Shown here one piece after another: positions 24,407-38,100 of a stretch of 64,000 nucleotides of DNA; position 1 is the stretch's first letter, and each line of letters opens with the position of its first letter. The DNA comes from Eledone cirrhosa. Lineage: Eukaryota. Under the pieces are notes generated by a model, which did no database searches, was not told the DNA's origin, and saw only the letters and a list, made by a program, of their open reading frames with translations. The position numbers were made by a program, and so were the translations under genes. The stretch is taken from NCBI GenBank assembly GCA_964016885.1, contig OZ024743.1, positions 155,744,001-155,808,000 of the forward strand, given 5' to 3'.

Positions 24407-27400
24407 AATTTTGTTCGTAAACTGCAGCCAATGCATTCAAACAGGAAACACTGCACCAGAATGACAGGTAACAATAGCCATCGTAAATCAATTTCAGTAT
24501 TCACAATAAAACTCGAGAATCAGGCTGGAAGTAAGCACTGCTGGGTATTTGTCAAATATATTTGAATTTATTTCAAGCATACTTTAGTTAATGATTTCTT
24601 TAATGTTAAACAATACATGTTTATTGTTAATGCAATTTCAATAAAGCTATTGTCTTTGGTTGTTAAGCATCTATATAGACTTGCTATTTTAGTTGGGATA
24701 TTTCTGTCACATTTTAAAGGAAATATTTCTTAATATCCTATCAACGTGTCAATTCTGAGAATGTAGTAAATTATCTTCAAAGTAAAATATAATTTGCTAT
24801 TTGTTTTTTGAGCCAAGAATCTCTAATCTGATAGATATATATTGCCATTTAACTAAGTTATCAGGGTTAGGGAAATATAATATCGATTATTGTTTTGGAC
24901 CTTGACGGATTAGAAAATTTCCATCGGTCGGATTTGAACTCAGAACTTGAAGAGCTATAACTTAATACTCTACGAGTTATCGTATATATACTTCCTCATT
25001 AGATATATAATGAAATCCCTGATATAATCGGTATCTTTCTTTAAATGGATCTATGTTTCCAGTTGTGTTTAAGTTTTTGTTTATAAAATAAGTTATTTGA
25101 GATAAATTAAGCTGCAATTTGTAGCAGGATATTCATAGATGTACGGTTTAGCTCTGAAAATGTCTTCCTCATGTGGGAGAATATCACGATACATTTAAAA
25201 AAAGACGATTTGAATTTAAGGTAATATAGTTAATAAATTGTCGAGAATTATTATTTTTAAATGACTAACAAATCACGCGTAACTGACATGTTACATTCGC
25301 ACTTGTGAATTACATACTGCATTGAATTATCATATATAATGTTTATAAAAAAATGATGTGATTGTGATAGTGGTCTGTTTGAGCAGGTGTGCTTACACTT
25401 TAAATAAACAAGTAGAACAACATTGAATCTTCCTATAATACTAATGTAAGCTAACAAAAGAACGGATATTTCTAGAGCAGTAATTCATTTTGGCCGTTTT
25501 AGAGAAACACATTATTTCCTATTCATCCGGAACCACGTTATCGATCAAACCTTTGAAACCCCACGAACTACATATTTTCTAAATTCATTAAACCCCCAAA
25601 TGCAGAAAATTTCTTGAATCAGTTTGCAGTTGTACCTTTCTATTCATATCTTCCCACCAGAACAAACATATGTTCTTCTATTTACTGACCTCATTATCAT
25701 AAACAACTATTTCTTTCCACCTTCGACTAAATTTTGGCGTGTTTTGCACCATTCGAACTACTTTTAGATACCGATGTATTTGAAAGTTTATCAGGTCTAT
25801 CTGTCCAACTAATATCGAATCCAATTATTCTACACATTTCCGCTGATCGATTCAGTAATTCTTCCGAGAAGTGAACGTGGCAATTATGTATGACGGTTAA
25901 GATATCATTTGCTTTATACTTTACGCCATATTAAGCCGACACTTTCATACAGTTTACAGGATCGAAAATTGAGTTGTACAGCTACTACATTGATTAGTGT
26001 ATAAATAGCACCCAAATACATACAGACTCTCAGACATTGAAGCTGAAGATGTCATTAATTATTACAGAACCCGGAGACACATATTTCTGAAGAGATATAT
26101 TATACGTAAATGATACACCTTTTTTTTATTCCAACTCAATTACACTCAATTTTTATTTCATATTCTACTTCTCTCCATTCGTCAACCCATTCGTCAATTC
26201 TCCTTCTCTGATTCGAAAGTTTATAGTATATGACGCCCCATGGGTCATAGGAATTATCCTCAATCGTAGCGATGTAATCAGCCATGGGAATCGATTTCAT
26301 TTTAACACTACATATTCAATATGCCCCGGCAAAATAAAGATAAGCTGTAACGTGAACCGGTCTTTCGGAGTTGAAACTGCATTTTTCGGTATGCGTCATC
26401 ATTTACAAGAGTTTACAGCTATTGTTCAAATAATTTCGACATCCGAAAGAATAAAGGTTTGGCATTTTCTAATCTGCTTAGAAACTGCACATTCATGTTT
26501 ACCTGCCATTCATTAAGTTGCTAAACGTAGCCCCTAATACCTCCCTCGGGTCAGAAGGGTTCGCAAACAATGTAAGCAAAGTGTTGTCAAAATTCTAGGG
26601 CAAAACAAACGACAGATATTTAGCTGCGGAAATATCCCTCACCTAAACGTATTGAACACGCATAATAAAGTGAATTTAATTATATTAATCAATTAAAGAA
26701 AGTGACATATAATGAAAACAATCCCCCTCCTTCCCTATATCCACCCTAATGTTACATTCGTTTTATCCACACGCTACTACTTTGTATGTAGGAAATAAAC
26801 CGAAATCCCCTCAGAATTTCTGTTTGAACCCAAAGTCAAAACGAAGGGTTTAAGTAAAAATTTCAAATCACAACCGTGTATATATATATTAATGCCTACA
26901 TAACTCGAAACATATAGACAATATTACAATAGATAATCATACCGGTGTCAAGAAAGATTGAAATCACAGCTAAATCACCTCAAAATCAAAATCACTCGTC
27001 TACATATATGCACTAACATAACGAGTGGTAAGAAACTCTCGGAAGAGCTGGACAGCAGACGGTCTTCACAGAAGAAATGCCTCACTGAAATGTGGTTCGG
27101 CTCTTAACATTTTACTCCTGGGTAGGTTGTTTCTATTGTAATTTAAGTACATGGATAATGGAGATGTTTTCCTTTTAATATTATTAAATCTGCCAAAACG
27201 GTTGTCTGAATAATTCACTCTCTTCACGACGCATTTACCTCTGTTCAACTGTAAACGTCTAGGATAAAAGCCATGCCATATATGCACAGTGTTTATGTAC
27301 TTCTGGACGGATATGTCTTCGACTAATCTGGATGGATTTCCAAATATTGAATCAAGCTTATAGTTTTAGGCATGTGTATGCAAGCAGAAATTTCAAACTG

Positions 27401-27914
27401 CAATACTCATGAATAATAAACAAATAAAGACGAAATACTTATATGTATACATTTCGGTAGATTTACGTCATTTTAAGAGTAAGATGAGTTTCTTTTCAAA
27501 GTTACACATACAACATGAAAGGAAGCCGAGAAATAAATAAATATATACTTATATATTTATAGCTTTATATATAACTGCATCTGCAGGTCTTCTCTTATAG
27601 AGTAAATATTTTGATATTTAAAAGATAATTATATTTCTGCTGTGAAGTTAGATAAAAAAAGGGAAAATGAGTACGAAGAAATTGTGTTTAGTTCAAAAAA
27701 GCAAAGAGTTTTGTGCAGATTACCTTGAAATGTAAGATGTTATTTTCTTTTTAAAGTCAGGTGAATTTTAGATTATCTGTGGATAATACAGATTTCTTCC
27801 TGTTGACCTTTTTTTAACACATAGTGAAATTGTGTATACACAAATATATGAGGAGTCAATCTCTGAAAGCTAACTGGAGATGAGAAGGCAGTTCAACGGA
27901 TGGTAATACTGTTG

Positions 27915-28092
27915 GATATAGCAATTGCTGTGCTGGGTATGACAATAAACTACATACAGTGGCAAAGTTCCAGGTCGGGAGTTCAGGAGCTGTGAGAAAA
28001 GTGGAGTTACCCCTTAGTTTTTATCACTCACAGGTCTGCTCTGGCCCGGAGTAGTAGTACCTGTTAGGACCCCATTTATGGCTTAAATAATT
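27915..28092 (+). repeat. Probable short interspersed repeat
   Basis: GC-richer island gggtatgacaataaac..ctctggcccggagtagtagtacctgttagg resembling a cephalopod dispersed repeat as I remember it; cannot be confirmed within the window. Confidence 0.35.
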
Positions 28093-28199
28093 TCCTTCTT
28101 CTATTGGCGCCGGTAAGATATTATCAGCCACTGAAAAGAACCATGAAGAATCGATTTAACAGCACTATGTTTCGAACCCCCATCTACACTATCAAGGAG

Positions 28200-30896
28200 C
28201 AGTCTAGTCGTTATGACTCTGCTGGTTTAGAGCCACACGGAGGGCTAAAGGATGACGAATAGCTGTCTCTGTGACAAATACAAATGATGCAGTTTTGTCT
28301 TGCAGAGGAGCCATTAAAATGAGCACTCTGAATGTGAGGACTGTTCGGACGCTGGATAAGAGAGAGGAGAATGGTATGCAGATACTTGCGATCCAAGAAC
28401 ACATGATTCTACATGATGAGCCCGTGAAGAGAGTGATGATTGTGAATAGGAGCCAGCTCATCACCAGATTAGCAGTAAGGAACACAACGAATGCTGCTGT
28501 AGGAGGAGTGGCTTTTGTTTTCAGTGCAAAAACCAATCTATTGGTGAGAGAAATCATACCTGTCTTCCCGCGAGTGTTGAGGGTGACCTTCAATGGAAAC
28601 CCAAGCCTGAAAGTCATCTCAACCGAGCAGACAGTGATGTGAGTGTGTAGGAGTTCTATGAGGAGATGTTTAGAATTGTCAACACCACACCAGCTCATAA
28701 CATCCTGCTTGTTCTGGGGGACTTCACTGCACATCTGAGTAAGGACAACAATGAGGATTCTTGCTGGTACTTCCATAACAACACCAACCGAAATGGAATA
28801 CTACTGAGAGAGACCCTGCTGGAGTCGAACTTGATGGCAACCAACCTAATGTTTAAGAAGAATCCAGGGGAGATGTATATCTACATCTCTGATATGCACC
28901 TGTCCAAGTCCCAGATCGATTCCATTCTAGTGAGGATAAAGTGGCGGAATAGTGTTCCGAACAGAGAACCATACAACTATTTCAGCACACTGGGCAGTGA
29001 CTACCGGCTTATGTGTGAGGTACGGGTAAGCTTAAGAAAGAGTAAGGCTCAGCCTCAGAGAGAAATCTATGACTGGGGAGGTTTCAAGGAAGATGATATG
29101 CAACAGGAGAGGTTCACAGTAGAAGTGTGGAACAGGTTCATAGCTCTGTGTGGAGAGGCAGAAGAGAGAGAGATTGGAGGGACTGAGGAGAGTGTGACAA
29201 GAAGGTACGGGTATTTCTCCAATGCAGGAGAGGAAGCAAGTGAGACCCTGGTGTGGAGGAGAGAGAAGAAGAGGAAACAAGTCAGCTCTGCAGACCCAAA
29301 CGTGTGTGCAGCCATAGAACCCCTGAAAGCTGCCAAGGACCAATTCTATACTGATCCTACAGAGGCGAGGAAGGAGAATATGGAGGTAATTAGGGAATAA
29401 ATATGTACCCTTTAAATGAGGCCAGAGAGAAGGCGCTATTAGAGAATATCAGAAGTGTGGAGAGAGAGCGGTTGACAGGTCTGGGTGTAAGGAAAGAGGG
29501 ATGATCATCAACGAAATAACAGGGAGGACGAAAAGCGGTTCCAGTCAGATCCAGGGAAGAAGGCCCGACGATAGGAAGCGGAAATGGCTGGACCATTTTA
29601 GGCGTCTACTAGGAGAGCCGCATTCCACAACCCAGAGCACTGGGGAGATCAGGTGGCTACTTGAGGAACTGTATATTGAGACAGGACCCTTCACCAGAGA
29701 GGAGTTTCAGAGAGCCAAGAAGACCATGGAGGGCAAAGCTCATGTAGAAGATGGAGCGGCATCAGAGGTGATGAAGAGCTGTGATTTTGATTATATATTT
29801 TGAGGATCAGTAACATTGACCCAGTGCCTAAGAAGGGATATCTCTCTAACACCACCGACTAGAGGGGGTCTCATTGACTTCACTTGTGGCAAAGTACCTC
29901 AACAGGATGATTCTTAACAGGATCCTGTTGTCATGGTTTTGATTGACTTTAGGAAGGCCTTTGATTCTGTGGACCGTCACTTCCTGATGAAGATCTTACA
30001 AGCTTATGGAATCCACAAGAAAATAGTGAACATTATATCACTGCTCTACACCAACAACAAAGCGCAAGTCATTACACATAGTCATTACAGCTGATGGGAT
30101 GACAGAGTTATTTGAGATACTGGCTGGAATGCTCCAGGCAGATACATCGGCTCCCTAAATTGTATCGACGTAGTGGACTATCATATGCGCCTTGCGCTGG
30201 AGAAACACCAGGACTCTGACTTTACTGTAACACTGGCTCAGAGCAGGAGAGTTAAGGCAGAAAAGATATCAGATGCTTAATTTGCTGACGACATAGTTCT
30301 GGTGACACACACACAGTGAAGGAAGCAGAGGAGTTGATGCGTGAGGTGGAGACTGTGTTCATGAGTGTAAGGCTGAGAATGAATGAGATTAAGATGAGGC
30401 ATCTGGTAAAGAATATTAAGAAGCCAGAGAAAATTATGAATGTAGGCGGGAAACCGCTAGAATTGGTTGAGGACTTCCTGTATCTGGGAGCCAAAATGGG
30501 AAAGACACAGGATGATGTGGTTGAGAGGAAAAGCAAAGCATGGGCGGAGGGCCACGCTCTGAGATCTGTGTGGATGTCAGACCTTGATAAAGATCTTAAG
30601 ATCCGTCTCTTCGTTGCTGCAGGGGAGTCTGTGCTGCTGTATGGGTTTGAGACTTGTACACTGACCAAGACACTCACCCAGATGGTGGATGGGTGCAACA
30701 CGAGAATGCTGAGGATGGCTCCGACCATTAGTCAGTATACACTGAGGATGAAGAACCAAGAGCTGTACGGAAGCTTCCCAAATGTCAGATCGAAAGTAGA
30801 ACAGAAGAGACTGAGGTTAGCTGGACACACTCACTGATATCCAGAGTTGACACTGCACTCAGTGCTCCTATGGGACCCCCTGCATGGACACACTAA
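28200..30896 (+). mobile_element. Decayed RTE-like LINE, second family (APE and RT, internal deletion)
   Basis: STLNVRT, ILAIQEH, VGGVAF, FNGNP, VLGDFTAHL, SQIDSIL, GSDYRL; IDFRKAFDSVD, AGMLQADT, FADDIVL, DFLYLG, SVLLYGFETCTL, RLRLAGH. Confidence 0.88.
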
Positions 30897-30904
30897 GTAC
30901 TAAT

Positions 30905-31125
30905 TAATGATTTCTATTATAGGCACAAGGCCAGCAATTTTGGAGGAGGGGAATGTCAATTAAATTGACCCCAGAGCAATACTGGTATTTCATTTTATCG
31001 ACCCCGTAAGGATAAAAGGCAAAGCTAACATCGGCGGGATATGAACTCGGAAATTAAATGGCCGTTACTCTATACTGCAAAGCATGGCATCCGACCCTTT
31101 ACCGATACTTTCACCCACCGCCCTC
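30905..31125 (-). mobile_element. SINE
   Basis: tttcta..ggcacaaggccagcaa..tactggta..tttatcgaccccgtaaggataaaaggcaaag..ggcggga is the reverse complement of the recurring SINE. Confidence 0.8.
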
Positions 31126-32624
31126 ACAGTACTCAAATTAATGCGAAGCATTTTGAGATATGAAATAAACGACTAATAACTTTCAAACAGCCGATAAGAT
31201 GCGTAGAAATATATAAACGGCAAAGAATAACAAAAGAAAGTAAACAAAGTAATGTTTTCTCAGTGTATTTATACATGATATTTCAGGACTGTAACTCTCT
31301 TTTCAATTGTGAATCAGAAACTGTTCTAAAACCAAACAATGATCGATGTGTTCCGCCTTAACTGGACTATCTTTTTGAAATACGCATTCATTTCCAAATC
31401 TATTATTTTACTGTGTTTCTTTACTGGTTTCTTTTACCATTAAATTGCTCATATTCCTTTCCGTCGATTTCTGGCGGGCTCAGTATTTTCTCTGCGGCAT
31501 ATTCTCCTCAATTCGTATGTTTCAGCAACTAGGCAGTGACTGTGTACACCACGTACGCTCTCATGAACAACTAACATTGTTGATATGACGATTAGAAAGT
31601 GTTCACATAACTTTGTATATAGGACAATGTTTCGGAGCAGTCTCCTCAATGAAGGCCAAAAGTGCACCAGTTGTATATACAGGCCCTCTCTACAGTTGGT
31701 CTCCATGACTGCTCACAGTCATCTTCTCATTGAAATGTGGCAGCTGCAGGTAGCATATATTTACTTCCAGGGGTGAATGTCCTCACTGTTCTTTTAAGTA
31801 TTGATGCCTTGACATGTTGCTGTTTGCTGAGAGAAGTAGGTTAGAGTTACCTTACCATAGCAATGCAGTAAATAGATCACCTATCAGTGAAATTCCAGTA
31901 GCTAATTGTAATGGTAGGATCATGGATTTCTTGCCGATCAAAGTCCACTTCCTTTAAAATAATGTGTATACATTATATTCTTGATGGTGCTCTTCACTTT
32001 CTAAACTGTTAAAGCACAGTTTTAATATAATATACTTGTCTTCTGGCAAATTAAGCCTGATACTTTAGTACTTCTGTAAATATATGTGAATATGTGAATA
32101 TATGTGAATCTCTGTATGTGCGTGTTGTAAATATATGTGAATCTGTGTATGTGTGTGTTGTTGTGTGGATGTGTTTGTATTTGCATGCAGAATTGTATTG
32201 GAAATTGATATAAAAAAGGACAAATGTTCTGATGATACTAGGTAAATGTAACTTAATGATTTGAATAGATATATGACTAAATTAGTCATGAGTTTGTCTA
32301 GAATATCATTTGAAGAAAAATAATAAGCTTTAGTGATAATCATATAAGAGCTGTAAAATGACAAAAACGTGAAAATTAAAAATCATGATTTTCCTCATGT
32401 ATTTGAATAACCTGTTTTTTTTTATCTTATTAGTTACTGCATTTTATTGAACTATTATAGTGACATGCAAGTCAAATATTCTGGTTGTTTTATACCAAAT
32501 ATCTTGTTCGTCATTTACCTCAGGGAAATCATTTTCTCACGACTGTTGAGTAAAATTGCTAATTAAACTCATTCCTACTATATCTATTGCAATTTATTAT
32601 TATTATTAATATTATTATTATTAC

Positions 32625-32815
32625 GGTGAATTGGCAGTATCAGCAGAGGGTTTGACGCCATGCTTTCTAGCATAGTTACGTCCCTTTACAATCTGAGTTC
32701 AAATCCCGCCGAGGTTAACTTTGCCTTTCATCGTTACGGGCTGGATAAAATAAAGTACCAGTAATGTACTTGGTAATTGCTGGCCTTGTGCCTAAAGTAG
32801 AAACAATTATTATTA
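32625..32815 (+). mobile_element. SINE, near full length, with (ATT)n tail
   Basis: A-box-like tggcagtatcagcagagg, B-box GAGTTCAAATCC, conserved body, ends gtagaaacaattattatta. Confidence 0.88.
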
Positions 32816-33810
32816 TTTTTTTTTTTTTCATTTCTTTACTTAATGTCTCAGTCATTGATGTTATTCAACCGCAATAAATTGCCGTAATGGATATCAAGCT
32901 GCTACCCGCAGCTCGGATATTTAAAACGTATCTGTTGTTCTTGCCGTTCCAAGTCGGCATGCCGTTTGAAGTGCTCTAAAACTGGGGTTGGGCTGATGTT
33001 CTTCTGCCAGATTGGAAAGCCTTCGCGATAGTACCCAATGCTCCCATGACGATAGGGACCACATTGATATCATGAGAGTTCCAAATACTTTTCAGTTCCA
33101 AACTCAGGTCTTAGTACTGGTTGATTTTTCCCTCATCTTTTCCTGCACTCAAAGCGGTAAGCTACATCTATAATCAAGCACGATCTTTTTTTTTTTATCA
33201 AACATCAGTACGTCTGGTCTATTGTGTTATAATTATTTATGAGTTTGGATTCTGAACAACTTCACCCGGTCGTTTACTATCACCAATTGTGGCTTATGTT
33301 CATACCACATCAGCTTAGAGTAGATCGTTCAATTTGCATTGCAAAAATGCCAGTGGATCACGTTTCCTATAATATTATACAACCATCCTCAATAATGTGT
33401 CTGATCCAGGAATTTACGCACAGATATGATATAAGCCGCAGTCTCTCCTCTCCCTCTCCTTCTCACCACATATCCTGCAAAGCGTGCTATCTTCCTCCTT
33501 CTCAATATGATGTCTGATCCACTTCGTTCTAAGGACTTGCTCCTGTACAGCCAATAACATTCGCTAAGCTTTTCAACTGATACCATATCGGCTGATCTCT
33601 GAATTCTGTTTTCTTTAAGAAGGCGCCATGAAGAGTTTTTCATTCAGATGTTTCTTCCTCCTCCTCATTACTTTCTTTTTGGACATTCCTGGTCTGGGAA
33701 CTCTCCCAAAACCAGCAAGGTCCGGGGCTGACTTTGAGATACTTCTCCAGTTTAGGCCTGACCTTCACCACATCCGTTACAGAAGGGGATCGTTCTGCAC
33801 TAAATGAGTG
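32816..33810 (-). mobile_element. R4/Dong-like element, 5'-truncated, poly(A) end abutting the SINE tail
   Basis: Minus strand KTLHGAFL, LAVQEQVLRTKWIRHHIEKEEDSTLCRICGEK, IHWHFC, CLIIDVA, KINQY.DL..ELKSIW..VVPIVMGALGTI, LQTACRLGTAR. Confidence 0.82.
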
Positions 33811-34965
33811 ACACCAAAACACCGCAGTCTTTCGTCTGCGGTGAAACAATGCATTTGCGAGGCTTCTGTCCTCAATTGAAAAAATGCAAGAAGTCATAAG
33901 ACTCCACTGCTGCCGACGGCGGAGCGGGCATCACCACTAACACCAGCACTGGAAACACCACGAGTAGCAACAACAGAGGCAAAACGGGGAAAGCTCTCCC
34001 ATTCCCAATCGCCACAAAATACACACATTGTCACAAACACAAACACGCACACAGACTCAGACACATTTACAGACGCAGACACCTCGTCTTCCAGTAGAGA
34101 AAATGATTGCAAAACCTAAAGCAAAAAACTAAAAAAAAGAAAATCTGCATACCTCACATACACCCACCACAGAAAATGCAGACATCACACACAAAAGTAT
34201 TTTCACAACGACACAAACACCAACACAACCACCAAGACAATCCCCCACTCGCAAACAACCACAACAAATACAAGATGAAAACAAGACACACAACTTGAGG
34301 TGCTAGTAACAAGGCTATACAATAATTTGATGGTCGCGATAGCAAGAAAGGAAGAAATAAAAAAGAGGGGAGGTATTTGGAATGAGCACATTTCACATAC
34401 CAGAAATGTCCACCTGGTACGAAAGTCGGGCCACTACTACAATAGCATTGGAGAGAGCTTTCCTCGAGACGTGGGAACAGGGAATATGAAACACACTTTC
34501 AGATAGTTAAAGGAGTTCCCAAAGGAAACCACATCAAACATGGAAGGCGGACCAGCCGCCATCAACAACCACCCTGGAGGTAAGTACACATTCCTTTCTC
34601 TTATATAGCCTGCCAACGTGACTATCTTAAGAGTGGGATGCACAAATGTTCATGAACTTGGATCATCCTGCAAGCACTGACATATGCTCAACCACTTCAG
34701 ATCGCTAGATATGTATGTAATTGAACATCAGCAAGACCAGTATTTCCGACACGCGCCCACTAGTCCGAATTTTCGACGGCTATCAAATCTTCACATCTCT
34801 TTGTCACCCGGGAATGGAAGGGGAGCGGGCAGTGCTGTTTATAAAAGGCCTGGATCTCGAGGTAAGTTTGATCATCCGGGAACCGTAGTGTATTTTGGTG
34901 GGCGTTGACGTGAACAATAGTGAATATCGGGCTGATGCAGTTTTTCCGCATCCCGGTTCGTGCGA
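33810..34965 (+). mobile_element. Tx1/L1-clade fragment (ORF1 C-terminus and start of ORF2 APE)
   Basis: FVCGETMHLRGFCP (zinc knuckle, compare CFRCGSKTHLRAFC); LRVGCTNVHELGSSCK..MLNHFRSL parallels the ORF2 start at 38805. Confidence 0.75.
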
Positions 34966-34974
34966 GATGAACTA

Positions 34975-35158
34975 CAAGAGCTCCAGCCTCCGCAGTAAAG
35001 GCTCGAGAATCAACATTTATAGGGGGTAGAAGAGAGGGCACCCTTGACGGACCCATCGGAAAATCTGAAACGGTTCCGAAAGGTGATAATTATACTTGAT
35101 CAACGAGCAGATGTTGTTATGCATTGCACTGACCAAACCTCTGAAGACGGAACTGAAG
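34975..35158 (-). mobile_element. Tx1-clade RT fragment
   Basis: Aligns by eye with 36880-37065 (FRG..HLSEPF..VRQGCPL..LEPLLRRLE). Confidence 0.75.
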
Positions 35159-35182
35159 ACAGAGGTTTGGTCAGTTCAATGC

Positions 35183-38100
35183 ATAACAAGGATTTACATA
35201 AAGTAGACATTAAGGACAGTACAGGACAATACAGTACGGTACAAATGGGCATTTCTGCGTGTTAAAAAAAAAACAGAGGATGTAACAAAAAATAACAATG
35301 AAAAATTACCAATAGGGGGCAGACTTCCGAGGGGCATTTGTGGAGAAAGCCCATTAAAAGGCCACAGTGACCCTGACCACAAGGGCAAGTTCCCTCTCCC
35401 AGTTTTCGACCTTTAATTTACAGACACATACTCAGAGTAGGCCCATTCACTCGGGCCATTCTTGCATCTCTCAGCCATCTTTCAACAAAATGCTGGGAAG
35501 AGAGCACTTCCCTCTCTACCCTGATTTTCCTTTTCAAATGAAATTTGAAAAAGTCAATCAGGGCATCACGAAGAGGTAAGTGTTACTCTTCAGTCCTTTC
35601 AAACTTGTCCACCATACTATATATTTCGCCATGGCCACCAGACAGATAAAAACTGCCTACACTTCCCGGCTAAAGGAAGAGGGCGGGGCAATCCTCACGA
35701 TGGCCTCAGTTGATAGCTGGATCCGTCCTACACGCGACAGCAGGTGTTCGACATAAACCCACAAGTCAGCAAATCTCGGACACTGCAAATCTCGGACACT
35801 GCAAATCTCGGACACTGGACGAGTGTGTGCAGGACGGTTTCGTCGCCCTTCGCGCATCTTGCACAAGCCCGTTTGATGGCACCTCCATGCCTGTAGAGTT
35901 TATCCTGAACTGGCAAGGCTTCTCGGTAGCACTGCAAGGCCAGGGATTTCTGGAAGTTGTCAATAGTCCCCGCCCCGAAAGTTCTTCCGAAGAGATTGGC
36001 TAGTTGATTTTCGTCGACGCCTAGAGTTTCCCCAAGAACGTCGTCGCTCTTCCCCTCCACTAATCCTCTACACTAATAGAACGCCGAGGTGGAGTTTCCA
36101 CCGATCACATTGCCCGATTGGTCGAGGGCTGTGAGTGTAAAAGACATTCCAGTCTCCAAGCGCTCCCTCTCGGTCACGCTTGACCCAGGACTACAGCTCC
36201 GTCAAGGAGGCGAGCTGGGGAAAGACACTTTTAGCAAACGGCGACCACACCTGATCACCGTCGAGGAAGAGGTGGAGATGTCGTAGCTTGAGCGTCTGTC
36301 TGCGCATCATCAGCCATGGCATGCCCGGCCCTCCACGTCGTGGATGTTGACAACAGATGGATCGCCTGACCATCGGAACGCGTCCCTTCCAGAAACATCG
36401 AAAGAGTAAACGCTCCAGCGCAGTCAGGCGGGGCTTAGAAGAAGGTACGACGGTCAGACGGTAGCAAATGACGGATGCGATGTACGCGTTAGCCACCTCC
36501 GCTCGACATTTCAGGGATAGCTTCCTCTCCGTCCATTTATGGGTGAGGGAAGCCACCCTGCTCGTCACCTCGTCCCAGTTTTTGTCCGTCTGGAGATCCG
36601 GACCGAACCAGACCCCTAGCAATTTAACCGGTCAGTCCGTCCAGCGTCCGAAGACGCTGTTGGGCGGCATGGACCTGCTTCTCCGGCATGGACCTGCTTC
36701 GCCCAGCTGCAGGCCCACTGACTTTTCCTGGTTGATCATTGTTCCTGCCACTGCTTCGTATTCTCTTAAAGTAGTGCCGATCGCCTCAATGTGTTTGGCA
36801 TTCGACACCAATACGGTGACATCGTCCGCATATGCTGACACGGATCTTCCGCATCCTAGTTCGCGCGGGACGCCCCTCAACATCTCCAGTTTGTGCAGTA
36901 ATGGCTCGAGAGTCAATACGTACAAGATGGACGAGAGGTCACATCCTTGGCGGACCGAGCGGATGATGCTGAACGGTTCCGAAAGGTGACCGTTCACTCT
37001 CACCACAGGGCAGTTGTCGCTGTGCATGGCAGGGATCCAGCCTCTGAAGACGGGTCCAAAGCCAGCTGCCTTCAGGACTGCCGCTAGGTAACGGTGGTCG
37101 ACACTATCGAAAGCTTTCGACTGATCTAAATTGATCAAGTAACCAACCATACCAGATTCCCTAGCTTCCCTCTCTACGATGTATCGCATGAGGTGGAGGT
37201 TGTCGTGGATGGATCTGTCGGGAATCGCGCATGTCTGCGCTTCTCCCACCAGACCACCAACGACAAGCGCCAACCTCTTTGCTAGCACCTTGGCCAAATC
37301 TTATGGGCCTGAAATTATCTGTTATCCCTCTTGTTCGGATCCTTTCTTAGCAGCACCACTGCTCCTCGGCTCACAGAGCTGGGAATTCTCCCGTTATGTT
37401 GCCAGTTGCAGTAGACGTCCGCCTAGAGGCCTCCGAACAAGTCTGGCATCTGTACGTAAAGTTCATAGGGCAGACCATCCAAACCAGGGGATTTACCCCT
37501 TGGCCAGCCAGTCATTGCCTCCCGTACTTCAGCGGCTGTTATCGGCTTTTCGCAACACTCCGCCTCAGTGGCCGAGAGCCGCGGCAGTCCGTGGAGGTGG
37601 ACACTAAAGTCCATCCCTCGACCCGCCCCGCCGCTGCCCCCGAACAGCTGAGCGAAGTGTTGCTAAAAAACTTCACACATTTGCCCGGGATCGAGTAGCA
37701 TGCGTCCGTCGTGGTCCACCAAAGACCGGATCGTGGCTTTCTTGCCACGACGCGCCTCCGCCACTCGGGCCCATTGAACGGCTTACGTCCCCTCGTGTCT
37801 GAGAGCACGGACCCTAGCACTGACAACGCAGCCTTCGTGCTTTGCATTGAAGAATTAGTCAAGGGCCAATTTCGCCGCAAGTACGTCGGTCGCGATGTCT
37901 TTGCTAAGCGCCTCGTCTAATTTTGTAACTAATTCTCCCTCTGCTCTAATGTTCTCTATTTCTAAAGCCTTACTAAACCTAATGGACACTATTCTAATCG
38001 CTCTTTTCAGAGCAACCACAACATGTTGTTGTCGATGGCCCCCGTCAACGCCCGCTTAACTAGTCCGCTAATCCGGTCTCTGTAGGCCTTGCGCGCTAGT

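Noticed and set aside
25450-26540. Possible decayed Polinton or other transposon coding remnant on the minus strand
   Set aside because: Only isolated short motifs (RGSG, IIGFD) among many stops; not enough for a call.
31449-31870. Slightly GC-richer stretch with short ORFs and a minus-strand GTAAG donor-like site
   Set aside because: No recognisable domain and no consistent exon frame.
35769-35816. Regular short repeats suggestive of a CRISPR array
   Set aside because: Contiguous tandem duplication with no spacers, inside a eukaryotic retroelement; no cas genes.
36468-36989. Long plus-strand ORFs over the Tx1 copies (also 43188-43808, 48642-49208)
   Set aside because: Antisense shadows of the GC-rich RT coding strand.
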